DNA of 64,000 nucleotides from Candidatus Omnitrophica bacterium UBA6215. Its GTDB lineage: Bacteria; Omnitrophota; Gorgyraeia; Pluralincolimonadales; Pluralincolimonadaceae. The notes beneath the pieces were generated by a model. It was not told where the DNA came from and searched no databases. It saw only the letters and a list, made by a program, of their open reading frames with translations. The stretch lies in the NCBI GenBank assembly GCA_002421665.1, contig DISH01000004.1, positions 381,900-445,899 of the forward strand. Direction: 5' to 3'. The position numbers and the translations under genes are program-made. This document shows, one piece after another, positions 46,291 through 58,881 of the stretch; the first letter of the stretch is position 1, and every line of letters starts with the position of its first letter.

Positions 46291-47742
46291 ATGGCAAGAG
46301 AGAAGAAAGAGCAGGCACAAGCTATAAAGTTCGGGACAGACGGCTGGAGAGGGCTTATCGCTGATGACTTCACTTTTGATAACCTTAGGATAGTCGCCCA
46401 GGCGTGCGCGGAATATTTCAACAGGGAGTTCAAGGCAAAACGCGGGATAATTGTCGGCTATGATACCCGGTTCATCTCGGACAAATTCGCACAGGCAGTC
46501 GCGGAAGTCCTTGCCGCCAACGGTATAAAGGTATATCTCTCGGACAGGCCTTCCCCGACGCCGACTACCAGCTATAATATCAGGCTGTTGGGATTAAACG
46601 GCGGGCTTATAATAACGGCAAGCCATAATCCCGGCCGATTCAGCGGTCTCAAGATAAAGACTCCGCAGGGTTCACCGGCCGATCAGACCGTAACCCATAA
46701 GGTCGAATCCTATCTTTACAAAACCAAGGTAAAATCCATCCCTCTCTCTGAAGCTGTCGAGGCAGGCAAGATCGAGGTCATAAACCCGATGCCTAAATAT
46801 ATAGAAGCGGTAAGGAAGTACCTCGACCTCGACCTGCTCAAAAACTGCGATCTCAAGGTGCTTGCGGAAGCAATGCATGGCGCCGGCGACAGTTACCACG
46901 CGCAGGTGCTCAAGGGTACAAAGGTAGCGATCGACGTCATCAACTCGGAGCCTAACCCGTCGTTCGAAGGACTTAAACCCGAGCCTCTGCCGCATAACAT
47001 GCCGAAATTCATGGTTATAATGAAAGAGGGCGAATACGATATCGGCATAGCCACCGACGGGGACGCGGACAGGGTGGGAGCAGCAGCACCGGGCGGCAGG
47101 TTCATAACTCCGGGCGAGATAATGTGCCTGATAGCCTTGCATTTCATTGAGAACAGGCGTTGGAGAGGGGCCCTCGTTAAGAATATCGCGGGTCCTATGC
47201 TTATGAACAAGATTGCCAAATATTATAACCTTAAATTTTTTGAAACTCCGGTAGGCTTCAAACACATCGCCAAACTCATGCAGACCGACAACGTCCTGGT
47301 CGGCGGTGAGGAGTCGGGCGGCATAGGCGTAAAGAATTACATACCCGAAAGGGACGGCATACTCACAGGACTCCTGCTTGTCGAGATGATGCAGCAAAGG
47401 AAAAAACCCATTCTCGCGCTTATCGAGGATATGGAAAAGAGGTTCGGCAAGTTCAGATACCACAGGCAGGATATCGAAATACCGTTAAAGACCAGAGAGA
47501 GGATCGTCAAGACACTCTTTGCCAAACTCCAGGGTAAGGAATCCGCTAAGATATTCAAGAGGAAGATAATCGATACCAAGACATATGACGGGCTTAAATT
47601 CATATTCGATGACGAAAGCTGGCTGCTTATCAGGCCTTCGGGCACCGAACCTATCCTCAGGGTGTACAGTGAAGCCCACACCGATAAAGAGGCGAAAGAC
47701 CTTATCGGGACCGTGGACAAACTGTCAAAAAGCATCAAATAA
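46291..47742 (+). CDS. phosphoglucomutase/phosphomannomutase family protein
   Basis: Active-site [23 protein letters not shown] metal-binding loop. GEESGG sugar-binding loop. SD AAGGAG upstream of the ATG at 46291. Confidence 0.85.
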   Translation: MAREKKEQAQAIKFGTDGWRGLIADDFTFDNLRIVAQACAEYFNREFKAKRGIIVGYDTRFISDKFAQAVAEVLAANGIKVYLSDRPSPTPTTSYNIRLLGLNGGLIITASHNPGRFSGLKIKTPQGSPADQTVTHKVESYLYKTKVKSIPLSEAVEAGKIEVINPMPKYIEAVRKYLDLDLLKNCDLKVLAEAMHGAGDSYHAQVLKGTKVAIDVINSEPNPSFEGLKPEPLPHNMPKFMVIMKEGEYDIGIATDGDADRVGAAAPGGRFITPGEIMCLIALHFIENRRWRGALVKNIAGPMLMNKIAKYYNLKFFETPVGFKHIAKLMQTDNVLVGGEESGGIGVKNYIPERDGILTGLLLVEMMQQRKKPILALIEDMEKRFGKFRYHRQDIEIPLKTRERIVKTLFAKLQGKESAKIFKRKIIDTKTYDGLKFIFDDESWLLIRPSGTEPILRVYSEAHTDKEAKDLIGTVDKLSKSIK

Positions 47743-49535
47743 TGGATAAATCCCTGATCCGTAATTTCTGCATCATTGCGCACATCGATCATGGCAAGTC
47801 GACCCTTGCGGACAGGCTGCTGCTAAAGACCGGCGCCATCTCCCAAAGGGAATTCCACGACCAGATGCTCGACGGTATGGACCTGGAAAGAGAGCGAGGC
47901 ATCACCATCAAGGCAAAAGCCGTAAGGCTCCTGCACCGGGACGATGACGACAAGGAATATGTGCTTAACCTTATAGATACACCCGGCCATGTCGACTTCA
48001 CCTATGAGGTATCGAAAGCCCTTGCGGCGTGCGAGGGGGCGCTCCTGGTCGTTGATGCCGCGCAGGGCGTTGAGGCGCAGACTGTGGCAAACCTCTACCT
48101 TGCCCGCGAGCATGGCCTTAAGATAATCCCTGTGATCAACAAGATAGACCTCCCGAGCGCTGAACCTGACCGTATACGCCAGCAGCTTAAGGATACCCTG
48201 CACATCTCCGGCATGGAGCCTATAATGGCAAGCGCCAAGACCGGCATCGGCGTCGACGAGATAATGCACTCCATTGTCGAACTGGTTCCCCCTCCGAAGG
48301 GGGAACAGGACAATCCCTTGCAGGCCCTGATCTTTGATTCCGCGTTCGACACCTTCAGGGGCGTGGTGGTATACATAAGGGTAAAGAATGGCGCGATAAG
48401 AAAAGGCATGAAGATAAAAATGATGGGTACCGGCAGGGTCTACGACGTTGAAGAGGCCGGCATCTTCAAGCCCGCACCTACCGCAATCGATGAACTCGGC
48501 TGCGGCGAGGTAGGCTACATAACCTGTAATATAAAAGACCCCAAGGACATCAATGTGGGCGACACGGTCACAGATTTCCGCAGGCCCGCTGCCGATGCTC
48601 TCCCCGGTTATAAAAAAGTAAGACCCCTGGTTTTCTGCGGATTGTACCCGGTAAACGCGAAGGACTTCCCGTTCCTCAGGGACGCGCTTGAAAAACTTGA
48701 ATTAAGCGATTCATCGTTCATATATGAGGTGGAATCCTCCGTATCCTTCGGGTTCGGTTTCAGGTGCGGGTTCCTCGGGCTCCTGCATATGGAGATAATA
48801 CAGGAGCGCCTCGAACGGGAGTACGGCCTGAACCTTATAGCCACCACGCCAAGCGTCGTCTATAAGGTGAAGAAAAAAGGCGGGCAGGTGGTAGAGATAG
48901 AGAACCCCAGCAAATTGCCTGCTCCCCAGGAAATCGAGCATATCGAGGAGCCTTATATACGCGGGTTCATAATTAGCCCCGCAGATGCCCTTGGCAGCGT
49001 AATGCAACTCTGTCAGGAGAGAAGGGGGATATACAAATCCACCGAATACCTCGACCAGACACGCGCGATGCTCATATACGAATTTCCTTTATCTGAGATA
49101 ATTGTCGATTTTTATGATAAAATAAAGTCGATGACCAGAGGCTACGGTTCCCTTGATTACGAATTCAAGGAATATGTGATAAGCGACCTGGTCAAGCTTG
49201 ATATACTGATCAACGGTAAGCCTTGCGATGCCCTGTCCTTCATAGTACATAAGGATAGCGCATATACAAAAGGTAACCAGCTTGTCACCAAGCTAAGGGA
49301 ACTCATTCCCAGGCAGCTCTTTGAGGTAGCCTTGCAGGCCGCCATAGGGAGCAAGATAATCGCCAGGGAGACTGTCAGGCCCGTGGGTAAGAATGTGACG
49401 GCCAAATGCTACGGCGGTGACATAACCAGGAAACGCAAACTCTGGGAAAAGCAAAAAGAAGGCAAAAGGAGGATGAAACAGTTCGGCAAGGTGGAGATCC
49501 CGCAGGAAGCCTTCATGGCAATACTGAAAATATAA
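47742..49535 (+). CDS. lepA: elongation factor 4 (LepA)
   Basis: [21 protein letters not shown]1 motif. DTPGHVDF. LepA-specific C-terminal domain. Confidence 0.97.
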   Translation: MDKSLIRNFCIIAHIDHGKSTLADRLLLKTGAISQREFHDQMLDGMDLERERGITIKAKAVRLLHRDDDDKEYVLNLIDTPGHVDFTYEVSKALAACEGALLVVDAAQGVEAQTVANLYLAREHGLKIIPVINKIDLPSAEPDRIRQQLKDTLHISGMEPIMASAKTGIGVDEIMHSIVELVPPPKGEQDNPLQALIFDSAFDTFRGVVVYIRVKNGAIRKGMKIKMMGTGRVYDVEEAGIFKPAPTAIDELGCGEVGYITCNIKDPKDINVGDTVTDFRRPAADALPGYKKVRPLVFCGLYPVNAKDFPFLRDALEKLELSDSSFIYEVESSVSFGFGFRCGFLGLLHMEIIQERLEREYGLNLIATTPSVVYKVKKKGGQVVEIENPSKLPAPQEIEHIEEPYIRGFIISPADALGSVMQLCQERRGIYKSTEYLDQTRAMLIYEFPLSEIIVDFYDKIKSMTRGYGSLDYEFKEYVISDLVKLDILINGKPCDALSFIVHKDSAYTKGNQLVTKLRELIPRQLFEVALQAAIGSKIIARETVRPVGKNVTAKCYGGDITRKRKLWEKQKEGKRRMKQFGKVEIPQEAFMAILKI

Positions 49536-49544
49536 GGAGAACTA

Positions 49545-50144
49545 ATGGCTAAGGGGACAACGGGTCAACGTAAGAAGACATGGCTCAGGGAAATGGCGGA
49601 AATAATCATAACCGCTTTTATCCTGGCATTTTTCATAAAGGTTTTCGTCTTCGAGCTCTATAAAATACCTACGGGTTCCATGATCCCGACACTGCTGGTC
49701 GGCGACAGGATCATCGTAGTCAAGTATGTTTACGGCACCAGATTGCCCGGCATTAATATCCGCCTTCCAGGCTTAAGGGAACCGAAGAGGGGCGAGATAG
49801 TCGTGTTCAAATCACCTGAAGACCCGGGCAAATCCTTCATAAAGAGGTTCGTTGCTACCGGCGGCGAGACCGTTGAAATAAAGGACGGCAAGATACTGGT
49901 AAACGGAAAGGCTGTCGAGGACCCTCCGGCTTTCAGGCAGGTATATTACTACAACAGGGGCCAGTTCGGTGAAGAAGGCAAACCGATAACCGTACCGAAA
50001 GACTGCTATTTCGTGCTTGGTGACAACTCCGCTTTCAGCAAGGACAGCAGGTATTGGGGATTCGTGCCAAAGAATTACCTTATAGGCAAAGCGGTAATTA
50101 TAGTCCTGCCGCTTAACAGGATGCAACTTATAACCGATAAATAG
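49545..50144 (+). CDS. lepB: signal peptidase I
   Basis: GSMIPTL (catalytic Ser), VKYVYGTR..., RFVATGGETV, GDNSAFSKDSRYWGFV boxes. Confidence 0.9.
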   Translation: MAKGTTGQRKKTWLREMAEIIITAFILAFFIKVFVFELYKIPTGSMIPTLLVGDRIIVVKYVYGTRLPGINIRLPGLREPKRGEIVVFKSPEDPGKSFIKRFVATGGETVEIKDGKILVNGKAVEDPPAFRQVYYYNRGQFGEEGKPITVPKDCYFVLGDNSAFSKDSRYWGFVPKNYLIGKAVIIVLPLNRMQLITDK

Positions 50145-50696
50145 ATGAATCTGGCTAACAAGATCACTATACTAAGGGTACTGTTGACGCCCTTCTTTGT
50201 GGGCCTTGTTCTTTATTATAAACCTGATCAGGATTATTTAAGATATATAGCCCTGTGCGTTTTTAGCATAGCCGTCCTTACCGATGCCCTCGATGGTTTT
50301 CTGGCAAGGTTCCTGAAGCAAAAAACGACCTTGGGCACGATAATGGACCCCATAGCCGATAAACTCCTGCTGATAACTGCATTCATCAGCCTTACGGTAT
50401 GGGACGCGGCCGTGAAACTCCCGCTTTGGCTGCCCATAATTGTGGTAAGCAGAGATATCATAATAGTCATCGGCGTGCTGGTGATATTCCTGCTTCACAG
50501 TGACATAAAGATATCTCCCAGTCCTCTTGGGAAAATCACTACTTTCACCCAGATGTCGGCTATAATCAGCGTATTGCTGCTATGGGACCGCTCTGAATAT
50601 GTCTGGAACACCGCGGTCGTTTTTACGGCGCTTTCCGGGATAGATTATATCTATCGCGGGACCAAGCTCATGAACGGCAATAACGGGAAAAAATAA
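50145..50696 (+). CDS. pgsA: CDP-alcohol phosphatidyltransferase (second PgsA-like paralog)
   Basis: NLANKITILRV...LTDALDGFLARFLKQKTTLGTIMDPIADK, the same family as the ORF at 2884. Confidence 0.78.
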   Translation: MNLANKITILRVLLTPFFVGLVLYYKPDQDYLRYIALCVFSIAVLTDALDGFLARFLKQKTTLGTIMDPIADKLLLITAFISLTVWDAAVKLPLWLPIIVVSRDIIIVIGVLVIFLLHSDIKISPSPLGKITTFTQMSAIISVLLLWDRSEYVWNTAVVFTALSGIDYIYRGTKLMNGNNGKK

Positions 50697-50697
50697 T

Positions 50698-51318
50698 ATG
50701 GCGTTTATCATATCCTTGTTCGTGTGTTACGTTATAGGATCCATACCTACAAGCTACATTGTGGCCAAATACCTGAAGGGTATAGATATAAGGCAGCATG
50801 GCAGCGGAAACGTAGGCGCTACGAATACCGCAAGGGTCGTAGGCAAAGGATGGGGCCTCCTGGTCCTCGTTTTCGACATACTCAAGGGTCTTGTCTGCGT
50901 AACTTTAGCAGCCAGGTTCTTTTTCAGGTTCGGCGTCCCTGTAAGCATGGATGTATATCCCCTTATGCTGGGCGCAATGGCCATAATAGGCCACATATGG
51001 AGCGTGTTCCTGGGTTTCAACGGGGGAAAAGGTATAGCGACCTCTTCCGGTGTCTTCATCGGAGTTGCACCCGGAGTATTCCTTGCGGCGCTTTGTATCT
51101 GGATAGCAGTATTCGTGTGGCGCAGGTATGTATCGCTGGCATCGATCATAAGTGCCGTTTCGATACCTATCATGCTTTCAGCCGAAGGATACCGCGCTCC
51201 TTTTGTAGCTATAGCGTCCCTGTTGAGTATAATCACCGTATTGAAACATTATCCCAACATAAAGAGACTGGTGCGCGGGGAAGAGCACCGTTTCGAACTG
51301 AGGAAAAATGCAGACTAA
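50698..51318 (+). CDS. plsY: glycerol-3-phosphate acyltransferase PlsY
   Basis: GSIPTSYIVAKY...GSGNVGATN...FKGGKG motifs. Confidence 0.9.
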   Translation: MAFIISLFVCYVIGSIPTSYIVAKYLKGIDIRQHGSGNVGATNTARVVGKGWGLLVLVFDILKGLVCVTLAARFFFRFGVPVSMDVYPLMLGAMAIIGHIWSVFLGFNGGKGIATSSGVFIGVAPGVFLAALCIWIAVFVWRRYVSLASIISAVSIPIMLSAEGYRAPFVAIASLLSIITVLKHYPNIKRLVRGEEHRFELRKNAD

Positions 51319-52309
51319 AAAGATCGCGGTGATCGGCGACGGAGGCTGGGGGACTACTCTCGCAATGCTGCTTGTATCGAACGGGCATAAGGTAAGCATG
51401 TGGGGTGCCTTCCCAAACTACATCAGGCAGATGGAAAAAACCAGACAGAACGACAAGTTCCTGCCTGGAATAAATCTGCCGGACTCGCTTGAGCTCGCCT
51501 CTGAGATCGTCCCTGTCGTAAACGGCAGCGAGGTGGTCATTACCGCGGTCCCGTCGCAGCATATGCGGGAAGTGATGAACAAACTAAAGGGCCTGGACCT
51601 GAAAGGCAAACTTATCGTAAGCGTATCGAAAGGCATAGAGAAACAGAGCCTGATGAGGATGTCGGAAATAATAACCGATGTTCTCGGCAACGTGAAGACA
51701 GGGGTGCTTTCCGGTCCGACGATATCATATGAAGTTGCGCGCGGGCTTCCGACTACGGTGGTCGCCGCCTCTGAAGATGAAGCGGCCGCAAGGCAGATAC
51801 AGGACCTTTTCATGTCGGATAGCTTCAGGATATATACCAATACCGACATCATAGGGGTCGAGCTTGGCGGTTCGCTCAAAAACGTCATAGCTATTGCCGC
51901 CGGCATATCCGACGGCCTCGGTTTCGGGGTCAACACCAAATCCGGACTTCTTGTCAGGGGTATAGTAGAGATCTCCAGGCTTGGGATCGCCCTTGGGGCA
52001 AAATCCGATACGTTCTACGGTATAAGCGGCCTCGGCGACCTGGTAACGACCTGTGTAAGCTCCCACGGCAGGAACAGGTGGTTCGGAGAGGAGATAGGTA
52101 AGGGCAGGGCCTCCCGGGATATCCTAGGGAGTACGGAGATGGTCATCGAGGGCGTGGATACGGCGAAGTCATGCCACGAGCTTTGCATAAAGAACGGCAT
52201 CGAGATGCCTATTGCCAATGAGGTTTACAGCGTAATATTTGAGGGGAAAGACCCTTTGACCGCCGTAAAGAACCTGATGACGCGCAAAAAGAAATCGGAA
52301 GACCGGTAG
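51308..52309 (+). CDS. gpsA: NAD(P)H-dependent glycerol-3-phosphate dehydrogenase
   Basis: KIAVIGDGGWGTTLA Rossmann motif and GpsA C-terminal domain. Confidence 0.95.
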   Translation: MQTKKIAVIGDGGWGTTLAMLLVSNGHKVSMWGAFPNYIRQMEKTRQNDKFLPGINLPDSLELASEIVPVVNGSEVVITAVPSQHMREVMNKLKGLDLKGKLIVSVSKGIEKQSLMRMSEIITDVLGNVKTGVLSGPTISYEVARGLPTTVVAASEDEAAARQIQDLFMSDSFRIYTNTDIIGVELGGSLKNVIAIAAGISDGLGFGVNTKSGLLVRGIVEISRLGIALGAKSDTFYGISGLGDLVTTCVSSHGRNRWFGEEIGKGRASRDILGSTEMVIEGVDTAKSCHELCIKNGIEMPIANEVYSVIFEGKDPLTAVKNLMTRKKKSEDR

Positions 52310-52337
52310 ATATCTTTCCTTCGATTCCCACTATACA

Positions 52338-52366
52338 TTTACACCGCAATTTGATATAATTTATAA
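52338..52366 (+). promoter_or_regulatory. putative promoter for tRNA-Pro (TTTACA, 17-18 nt spacer, TATAAT)
   Basis: TTTACA at 52338-52343. AT-rich -10 TTATAAT ~25 nt upstream of the tRNA 5' end. Confidence 0.35.
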
Positions 52367-52388
52367 TCTAAACTTATAAGCATATCCT

Positions 52389-52466
52389 CGGGGCGTGGCT
52401 CAGTTTGGTAGAGCACTTGTATGGGGTACAAGTGGTCAGCGGTTCGAGTCCGCTCGCCCCGACCAT
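52389..52466 (+). tRNA. tRNA-Pro (anticodon GGG), CCA encoded
   Basis: Manual fold: acceptor CGGGGCG/CGCCCCG, U8, D-arm GCTC-AGTTTGGTA-GAGC, anticodon stem CTTGT/ACAAG, loop ATGGGGT (U33, G34 G35 G36, G37), T-arm AGCGG-TTCGAGT-CCGCT, discriminator A, CCA. Confidence 0.82.
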
Positions 52467-52489
52467 CTTTTTTTGCGGGAGAAACTCAA

Positions 52490-53782
52490 ATGGAAAAGAT
52501 CAACGTAGGATTGGTAGGCTTCGGTACCGTAGGAGGCGGGGTTGCCCGTGCTCTTATCGAAAAGTCCGCCCATATCGAGCGGCTGGTCGGTGCTAAAGTT
52601 TCGCTCAAGGTTATATGTGACAATAACTTAAGAAGGAAACGCGCCGTTAAGGTCAACAAGAAGATACTGACCAACGACATTAACAGGGTCGTCGGCAACC
52701 CGGATATAGATATCGTGGTCGAGCTTATAGGAGGCATACACCCGGCCAAGGAATTCGTCCTTAAAGCCATAAAGTCCGGCCAGCATGTCGTTACCGCGAA
52801 CAAGGCGTTGATAACCGAACACGGACAGGAGATATTTGACGCCGCGAACAAGGCCGGGGTAGAGGTCTTCTACGAGGCATCCGTCGGCGGCGGCATTCCG
52901 ATAATCAAGGCCATGCGTGAAGGGCTCGTGGCTAATGAGATAGATACCATACTCGGCATAGTCAACGGTACCTCCAACTATATTTTGTCGTGTATGGCTG
53001 AAGAGGGATTGAGCTTTTCAGATGCCCTGGACCAGGCGAAGAAAAAGGGATACGCCGAACGCAATCCCGCGCTGGACATCGAGGGATACGACTCTGCCCA
53101 TAAACTTGCCATACTGGCGCTGCTCGGTTTCGGGAAATTCGTCAAGATCGACGATATCTACGTCGAAGGCATCCTCGATATCTCACAGAACGATATCAGG
53201 TATGCCGATGAGTTCGGCTACGCCATAAAGCTCCTCGCGATAGCAAAAAGGAACGGCAAGGACCTTGAAGTCAGGGTCCACCCGACACTGCTGTCGAAGG
53301 AACACCTTTTGGCTAATGTCAACGGTGTATATAACGCGATATACGTACACGGAGACATGGTAGGCGGCACTCTCTTCTATGGCAGAGGAGCGGGGCAGAG
53401 CCCGGCTGCAAGCTCCGTTGTCGGCGACGTAATAGACCTGGCCCGCAACCTAAGGTTTAACACCGTCGGCAGGGTCCCGATATACATGAAAGACAAGTCT
53501 ATCAACAGGATCAGCAGGATGGACGAGATAGAAGCCAGTTATTACATACGAATATCCTGCATAGACAAGCCGGGCATACTCGGGAAGATCGCGGGCATCC
53601 TGGGACGCCACAAGATATCCATAGCCAGCGTGGGCCAGAAGGAAAGGAAGAAAGCAAGGATAGTTCCTGTTGTCATGATGACCCATGAGGCAAAAGAAAA
53701 GAACATGAGACAGGCGCTGGATGAGATAGACAGGCTGTCTGCCATAAGGCGCAAGACAGTGGCCATAAGGGTGGAGAGGTAG
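52490..53782 (+). CDS. hom: homoserine dehydrogenase (with C-terminal ACT domain)
   Basis: MEKINVGLVGFGTVGGGV NAD-binding motif. Catalytic domain. ACT domain (YYIRISCIDKPGILGKIAGILG). The first 23 codons of the track ORF overlap the tRNA and are rejected. Confidence 0.92.
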   Translation: MEKINVGLVGFGTVGGGVARALIEKSAHIERLVGAKVSLKVICDNNLRRKRAVKVNKKILTNDINRVVGNPDIDIVVELIGGIHPAKEFVLKAIKSGQHVVTANKALITEHGQEIFDAANKAGVEVFYEASVGGGIPIIKAMREGLVANEIDTILGIVNGTSNYILSCMAEEGLSFSDALDQAKKKGYAERNPALDIEGYDSAHKLAILALLGFGKFVKIDDIYVEGILDISQNDIRYADEFGYAIKLLAIAKRNGKDLEVRVHPTLLSKEHLLANVNGVYNAIYVHGDMVGGTLFYGRGAGQSPAASSVVGDVIDLARNLRFNTVGRVPIYMKDKSINRISRMDEIEASYYIRISCIDKPGILGKIAGILGRHKISIASVGQKERKKARIVPVVMMTHEAKEKNMRQALDEIDRLSAIRRKTVAIRVER

Positions 53783-53785
53783 GAC

Positions 53786-54850
53786 ATGTGGAAAGGACTG
53801 ATACACAGATACGGGAAATATCTCCCGGTATCTTCCAATACACCGGTTATAACCTTAAACGAGGGTGATACCCCGCTTATATATTCTTGCTGTCTGAGCG
53901 AAAAGATCGGAAAGGGCTACGAGGTATACCTGAAATTTGACGGGGCAAACCCTACCGGATCGTTCAAGGACAGGGGCATGACCATGGCTGTCTCCAAGGC
54001 GCTTGAGGAAGGCTCGAAAGCTGTGATGTGCGCATCCACCGGGAACACTTCGGCGTCTGCTGCCGCTTATGCGGCGCGGGCAGGCATGAAATGTGTCGTC
54101 CTGATACCTAACGGGAAGATAGCCCTCGGGAAATTGGCGCAGGCCATAATATACGGGGCGCAGGTCCTTGAAATAGACGGTAACTTCGATGATGCGCTCG
54201 AGATAGTCAGGAAGATCACCACGGATTATCCCATAACTCTGGTAAACTCCATAAACCCTTACAGGATAGAAGGACAAAAGACCGGGGCCTTCGAGATATG
54301 CGATGCGCTCGAAGAAAATCCGGATTTTCATTTCATACCGGTGGGCAATGCCGGCAATATTACCGCCTATTGGAAGGGCTACAAAGAATATAAGGAACTG
54401 GGCAAGATCAAATCGTTGCCCAAGATGATGGGTTTCCAGGCTGAAGGGTCCGCTCCGATAGTCAAAGGGCGCATCATAGAAAAACCCGAGACCATCGCCA
54501 CTGCCATCAGAATAGGCAATCCCGCCAGCTGGAAACAGGCTGAAGCTGCGCGTGACGAATCCGGCGGCATCATAGATTCCGTGACTGACGATGAGATAAT
54601 CGATGCCTACAAAATGCTGGCGGCAAAAGAAGGCGTATTTGCCGAACCTGCCTCGGCCGCGTCAGTAGCCGGACTGATAAAGATGGTCGAGGGGGGATTT
54701 TTTAAAACCTCTCCCGAGAAGAAAACCAGGATAGTATGTATCCTTACCGGCCACGGCCTTAAGGACCCGGACAGGGCAATATCGACTCTCAGCAGACCAA
54801 GATCGGTAAAAGCTGAGATGAGAGCCGTCCTGAATGCCATCGGCTTATGA
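53786..54850 (+). CDS. thrC: threonine synthase
   Basis: PLP-lysine motif region ([14 protein letters not shown]). ThrC short form. Confidence 0.93.
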   Translation: MWKGLIHRYGKYLPVSSNTPVITLNEGDTPLIYSCCLSEKIGKGYEVYLKFDGANPTGSFKDRGMTMAVSKALEEGSKAVMCASTGNTSASAAAYAARAGMKCVVLIPNGKIALGKLAQAIIYGAQVLEIDGNFDDALEIVRKITTDYPITLVNSINPYRIEGQKTGAFEICDALEENPDFHFIPVGNAGNITAYWKGYKEYKELGKIKSLPKMMGFQAEGSAPIVKGRIIEKPETIATAIRIGNPASWKQAEAARDESGGIIDSVTDDEIIDAYKMLAAKEGVFAEPASAASVAGLIKMVEGGFFKTSPEKKTRIVCILTGHGLKDPDRAISTLSRPRSVKAEMRAVLNAIGL

Positions 54851-56049
54851 AATATATCTTGCTTGTCGGTGACGGGATGGCTGATTATCCGGTCAGGGAG
54901 CTCGGCAATAAAACACCTCTCGAGACCGCCAAGATCCCTAACATGGATTTACTTGCCAAGAACGGCAAGGTCGGCCTGGTCAATACCGTTCCGAAAGGTT
55001 TTGCCCCGGCCTCGGACGTGGCAAACCTTTCCATAATCGGCTACGACCCCAGGAAATACTATTCCGGGAGAGGGCCTTTGGAAGCGGCCAATATGGGCAT
55101 AAAACTGGGGCCGGACGATATAGCCTTCAGGTGCAACCTCGTGACTATAGATAACGGTTTGATGGCGGATTATTCCGCAGGACATATAACCACCGAAGAA
55201 GCTTCGACCCTGATCAAGCTGCTGGATAAGAAGCTCGGTTCTGATAAAATTAAGTTTTATCCCGGCGTAAGTTACAGGCACCTTATGATCGTCAGCGATG
55301 CCTCGCTCAAGGATACGCTTATGGATCTTGAATGCATCCCTCCCCATGATATTACCGGGGAAGCGATCAAAGGCCGTCTCCCGAAGGGCAAGGGAAGCGA
55401 ATTTCTCGCGAAATTGATGGAAGATTCGAAGCCGGTACTTTCATCGCACGAGATCAACCAGGTAAGGATAGACCTGAAGGAAAATCCCGCGAACATGATA
55501 TGGCTGTGGGGGCAGGGAGTGGACGCCCGCATGCCGAGATTCAAGGACCTTTTCGGTGTCGAGGGCTCCGTAATATCGGCGGTCGACCTCATAAAAGGCA
55601 TAGGGAAGATAATAGGCCTTGAGGTGATCGAGGTCCCGGGCGCCACAGGTTATTACGATACCAACTACCAGGGGAAAGCAAGGCACGCGGTCGATTCCCT
55701 CGAACGTAAGGATTTTGTCTTTGTGCATGTCGAAGCTCCGGACGAGGCAGGCCATAACGGCGACCTCAGGGCTAAGATAAACGCTATCGAGAACTTCGAC
55801 AGGTTTGTCGTAGGAGGCATTCTCGAAAAGTTCTCGGGCAGGAAAGATTTCAGGATAATGGTCCTTCCGGACCATTTTACCCCGGTGACCTTGAGGACAC
55901 ACACCAGGGAACCCGTGCCGTTCCTAATGTTCGGGAACGGGATCGGCGCGAACGGGGCAGAAGGGTTCAGTGAAGCCTCCGCGAAGAACAGCGGTATAAG
56001 TTTTCCGCACGGCGAAGAACTCATGCGGGATTTCATGGCTTCAAATTAG
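54847..56049 (+). CDS. cofactor-independent phosphoglycerate mutase homolog (ApgM family), likely the proposed non-orthologous homoserine kinase
   Basis: [15 protein letters not shown]... metalloenzyme domain of the archaeal-type iPGM family. Sits between thrC and lysC with overlapping start, and no thrB is present. Confidence 0.75.
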   Translation: MKYILLVGDGMADYPVRELGNKTPLETAKIPNMDLLAKNGKVGLVNTVPKGFAPASDVANLSIIGYDPRKYYSGRGPLEAANMGIKLGPDDIAFRCNLVTIDNGLMADYSAGHITTEEASTLIKLLDKKLGSDKIKFYPGVSYRHLMIVSDASLKDTLMDLECIPPHDITGEAIKGRLPKGKGSEFLAKLMEDSKPVLSSHEINQVRIDLKENPANMIWLWGQGVDARMPRFKDLFGVEGSVISAVDLIKGIGKIIGLEVIEVPGATGYYDTNYQGKARHAVDSLERKDFVFVHVEAPDEAGHNGDLRAKINAIENFDRFVVGGILEKFSGRKDFRIMVLPDHFTPVTLRTHTREPVPFLMFGNGIGANGAEGFSEASAKNSGISFPHGEELMRDFMASN

Positions 56050-56068
56050 AGGAGGAAGCGGAATAAAA

Positions 56069-57316
<1,248 letters not shown>

Positions 57317-57317
57317 A

Positions 57318-58877
57318 ATGAAGCACGTCACGCTTTATGATACTACGCTCCGTGACGGGGCACAGACAGAAGGCATTTCATATTCCGTGAACGATAAGCT
57401 CCATATCACGGAAAAACTGGACCAACTGGGTATCCGCTTTATCGAGGGCGGATGGCCGGCTACCCCAAAGGAGATGGCTTTTTTCAAGGCCGCAAAGAAA
57501 CTTAAGCTGAAGAACTCCGAAGTCACCGCGTTCGGCTCGACGAGGAGGCCTGAGACTGACGTAAAACGCGACGTATTCGTTAAAGGTCTGCTCGATTCCG
57601 GGACGCGCTGCGTTACTATTTTCGGTAAGACGTGGGACCTCCACGTAAAGGAAGTCTTCAGGGTCCCCCTGGATGAGAACCTCAGGATGATCGGCGAAAC
57701 CGTCTCTTACCTTAAGTCAAAGGGCAGGACGGTCTTCTATGATGCCGAACATTTCTTTGACGGTTATAAGAACAATCCCGAGTACGCGATGAAGACCATT
57801 TTCGCTGCCCGCGACGCTGGAGCCGACTGCGTGGTTTTATGCGATACGAACGGCGGCACGATAATGCCCGCGCTCGGCGAAATCGTTAAAGAGGTGACAG
57901 CCAAGCTTGATTGCGAGGTAGGCATCCATTGCCATAATGACTGCGACATGGCTGTCGCCAACTCTATTGCCGCGGTCCAGGCCGGATGCATGCAAGTTCA
58001 GGGCACGTTCAACGGTTACGGGGAACGCTGCGGAAATGCAGATCTGGTATCTATCATCGGGAACCTCAGATTGAAAATCGGCATCGATTGCGTCAGCGAT
58101 GAACAGCTCAAGTCCCTGACGGAAGTATCCCGCTATGTTGCGGAAGTAAGCAACGTGAAACAGCGCGACAACCAACCGTTCGTAGGGAACACCGCCTTTA
58201 CCCATAAGGGCGGCGTGCACATCAACGCTATGATGAAAAATCCCGTTACGTACGAGCATATTGATCCCCATCTGGTTGGCAATAAAAGGAAACTGTTGGT
58301 TTCGGAGATGTCGGGCAAGAGCTCTATCATGATGAAGGCCAAGTCCCTCGAGCTGGACCTTGAAAGCAAGGCAAACAGCACGAAGAAGATCCTCAATACG
58401 CTGCAAAAACTCGAACATGAGGGTTATCATTTCGAGGTTGCCGAGGGCTCCCTTGAGCTCCTTATAAAGCGCGCCCTCAAGAAATACAAAAAGTTCTTCG
58501 AGCTCGAAGGTTTCAAGGTCGTCACGGAGAACAAGGGCAGCAAGCTCCTATCGGAAGCGACCATCAAGGTAAAGGTCAATAAGGTCATCGAGCACACGGC
58601 AGCCGAAGGCGACGGCCCGGTCAACGCCCTCGATGCGGCGCTTCGTAAGGCCCTTATTGAATTCTATCCGTCACTGGCCGAGATGCGTCTTTCAGACTTC
58701 AGGGTACGCGTCCTGGACGAAAAAGCCGGCACCGCGGCAAAAGTCCGCGTACTTATCCAGTCTTCGGACTCAAAGGACTCGTGGTGGACCATAGGCGTTT
58801 CGGAGAACATAATCGAGGCGTCATGGGAAGCCCTGGTCGACTCCATAGAATATAAACTGCTCAAAGACCATAAATAA
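57318..58877 (+). CDS. cimA: (R)-citramalate synthase / 2-isopropylmalate synthase family (CimA-like)
   Basis: LYDTTLRDGAQTEG...IEGGWPATPKE signature typical of the CimA clade. HxH motif (HCHND). C-terminal LeuA-dimer regulatory domain. Confidence 0.82.
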   Translation: MKHVTLYDTTLRDGAQTEGISYSVNDKLHITEKLDQLGIRFIEGGWPATPKEMAFFKAAKKLKLKNSEVTAFGSTRRPETDVKRDVFVKGLLDSGTRCVTIFGKTWDLHVKEVFRVPLDENLRMIGETVSYLKSKGRTVFYDAEHFFDGYKNNPEYAMKTIFAARDAGADCVVLCDTNGGTIMPALGEIVKEVTAKLDCEVGIHCHNDCDMAVANSIAAVQAGCMQVQGTFNGYGERCGNADLVSIIGNLRLKIGIDCVSDEQLKSLTEVSRYVAEVSNVKQRDNQPFVGNTAFTHKGGVHINAMMKNPVTYEHIDPHLVGNKRKLLVSEMSGKSSIMMKAKSLELDLESKANSTKKILNTLQKLEHEGYHFEVAEGSLELLIKRALKKYKKFFELEGFKVVTENKGSKLLSEATIKVKVNKVIEHTAAEGDGPVNALDAALRKALIEFYPSLAEMRLSDFRVRVLDEKAGTAAKVRVLIQSSDSKDSWWTIGVSENIIEASWEALVDSIEYKLLKDHK

Positions 58878-58881
58878 TAAA

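Noticed and set aside
50724-51332. 202-aa Arg-rich ORF (MLRYRIHTYKL...) on + strand
   Set aside because: It lies entirely inside plsY in another frame. The plsY frame carries the conserved family motifs, so this is a compositional artefact of the alternate frame.
52467-52480. T-run (tcttttttt) right after the tRNA-Pro CCA as an intrinsic terminator
   Set aside because: The only preceding stem is the tRNA acceptor/T-arm itself. It is plausible as a tRNA-linked terminator but cannot be separated from tRNA structure, so it is not called.
52405-52596. ORFs 52405..52596 and the 52421..52489 N-terminal extension of hom
   Set aside because: They overlap the tRNA-Pro gene. The conserved Hom N-terminus begins at MEKINVGLVGFG (52490).
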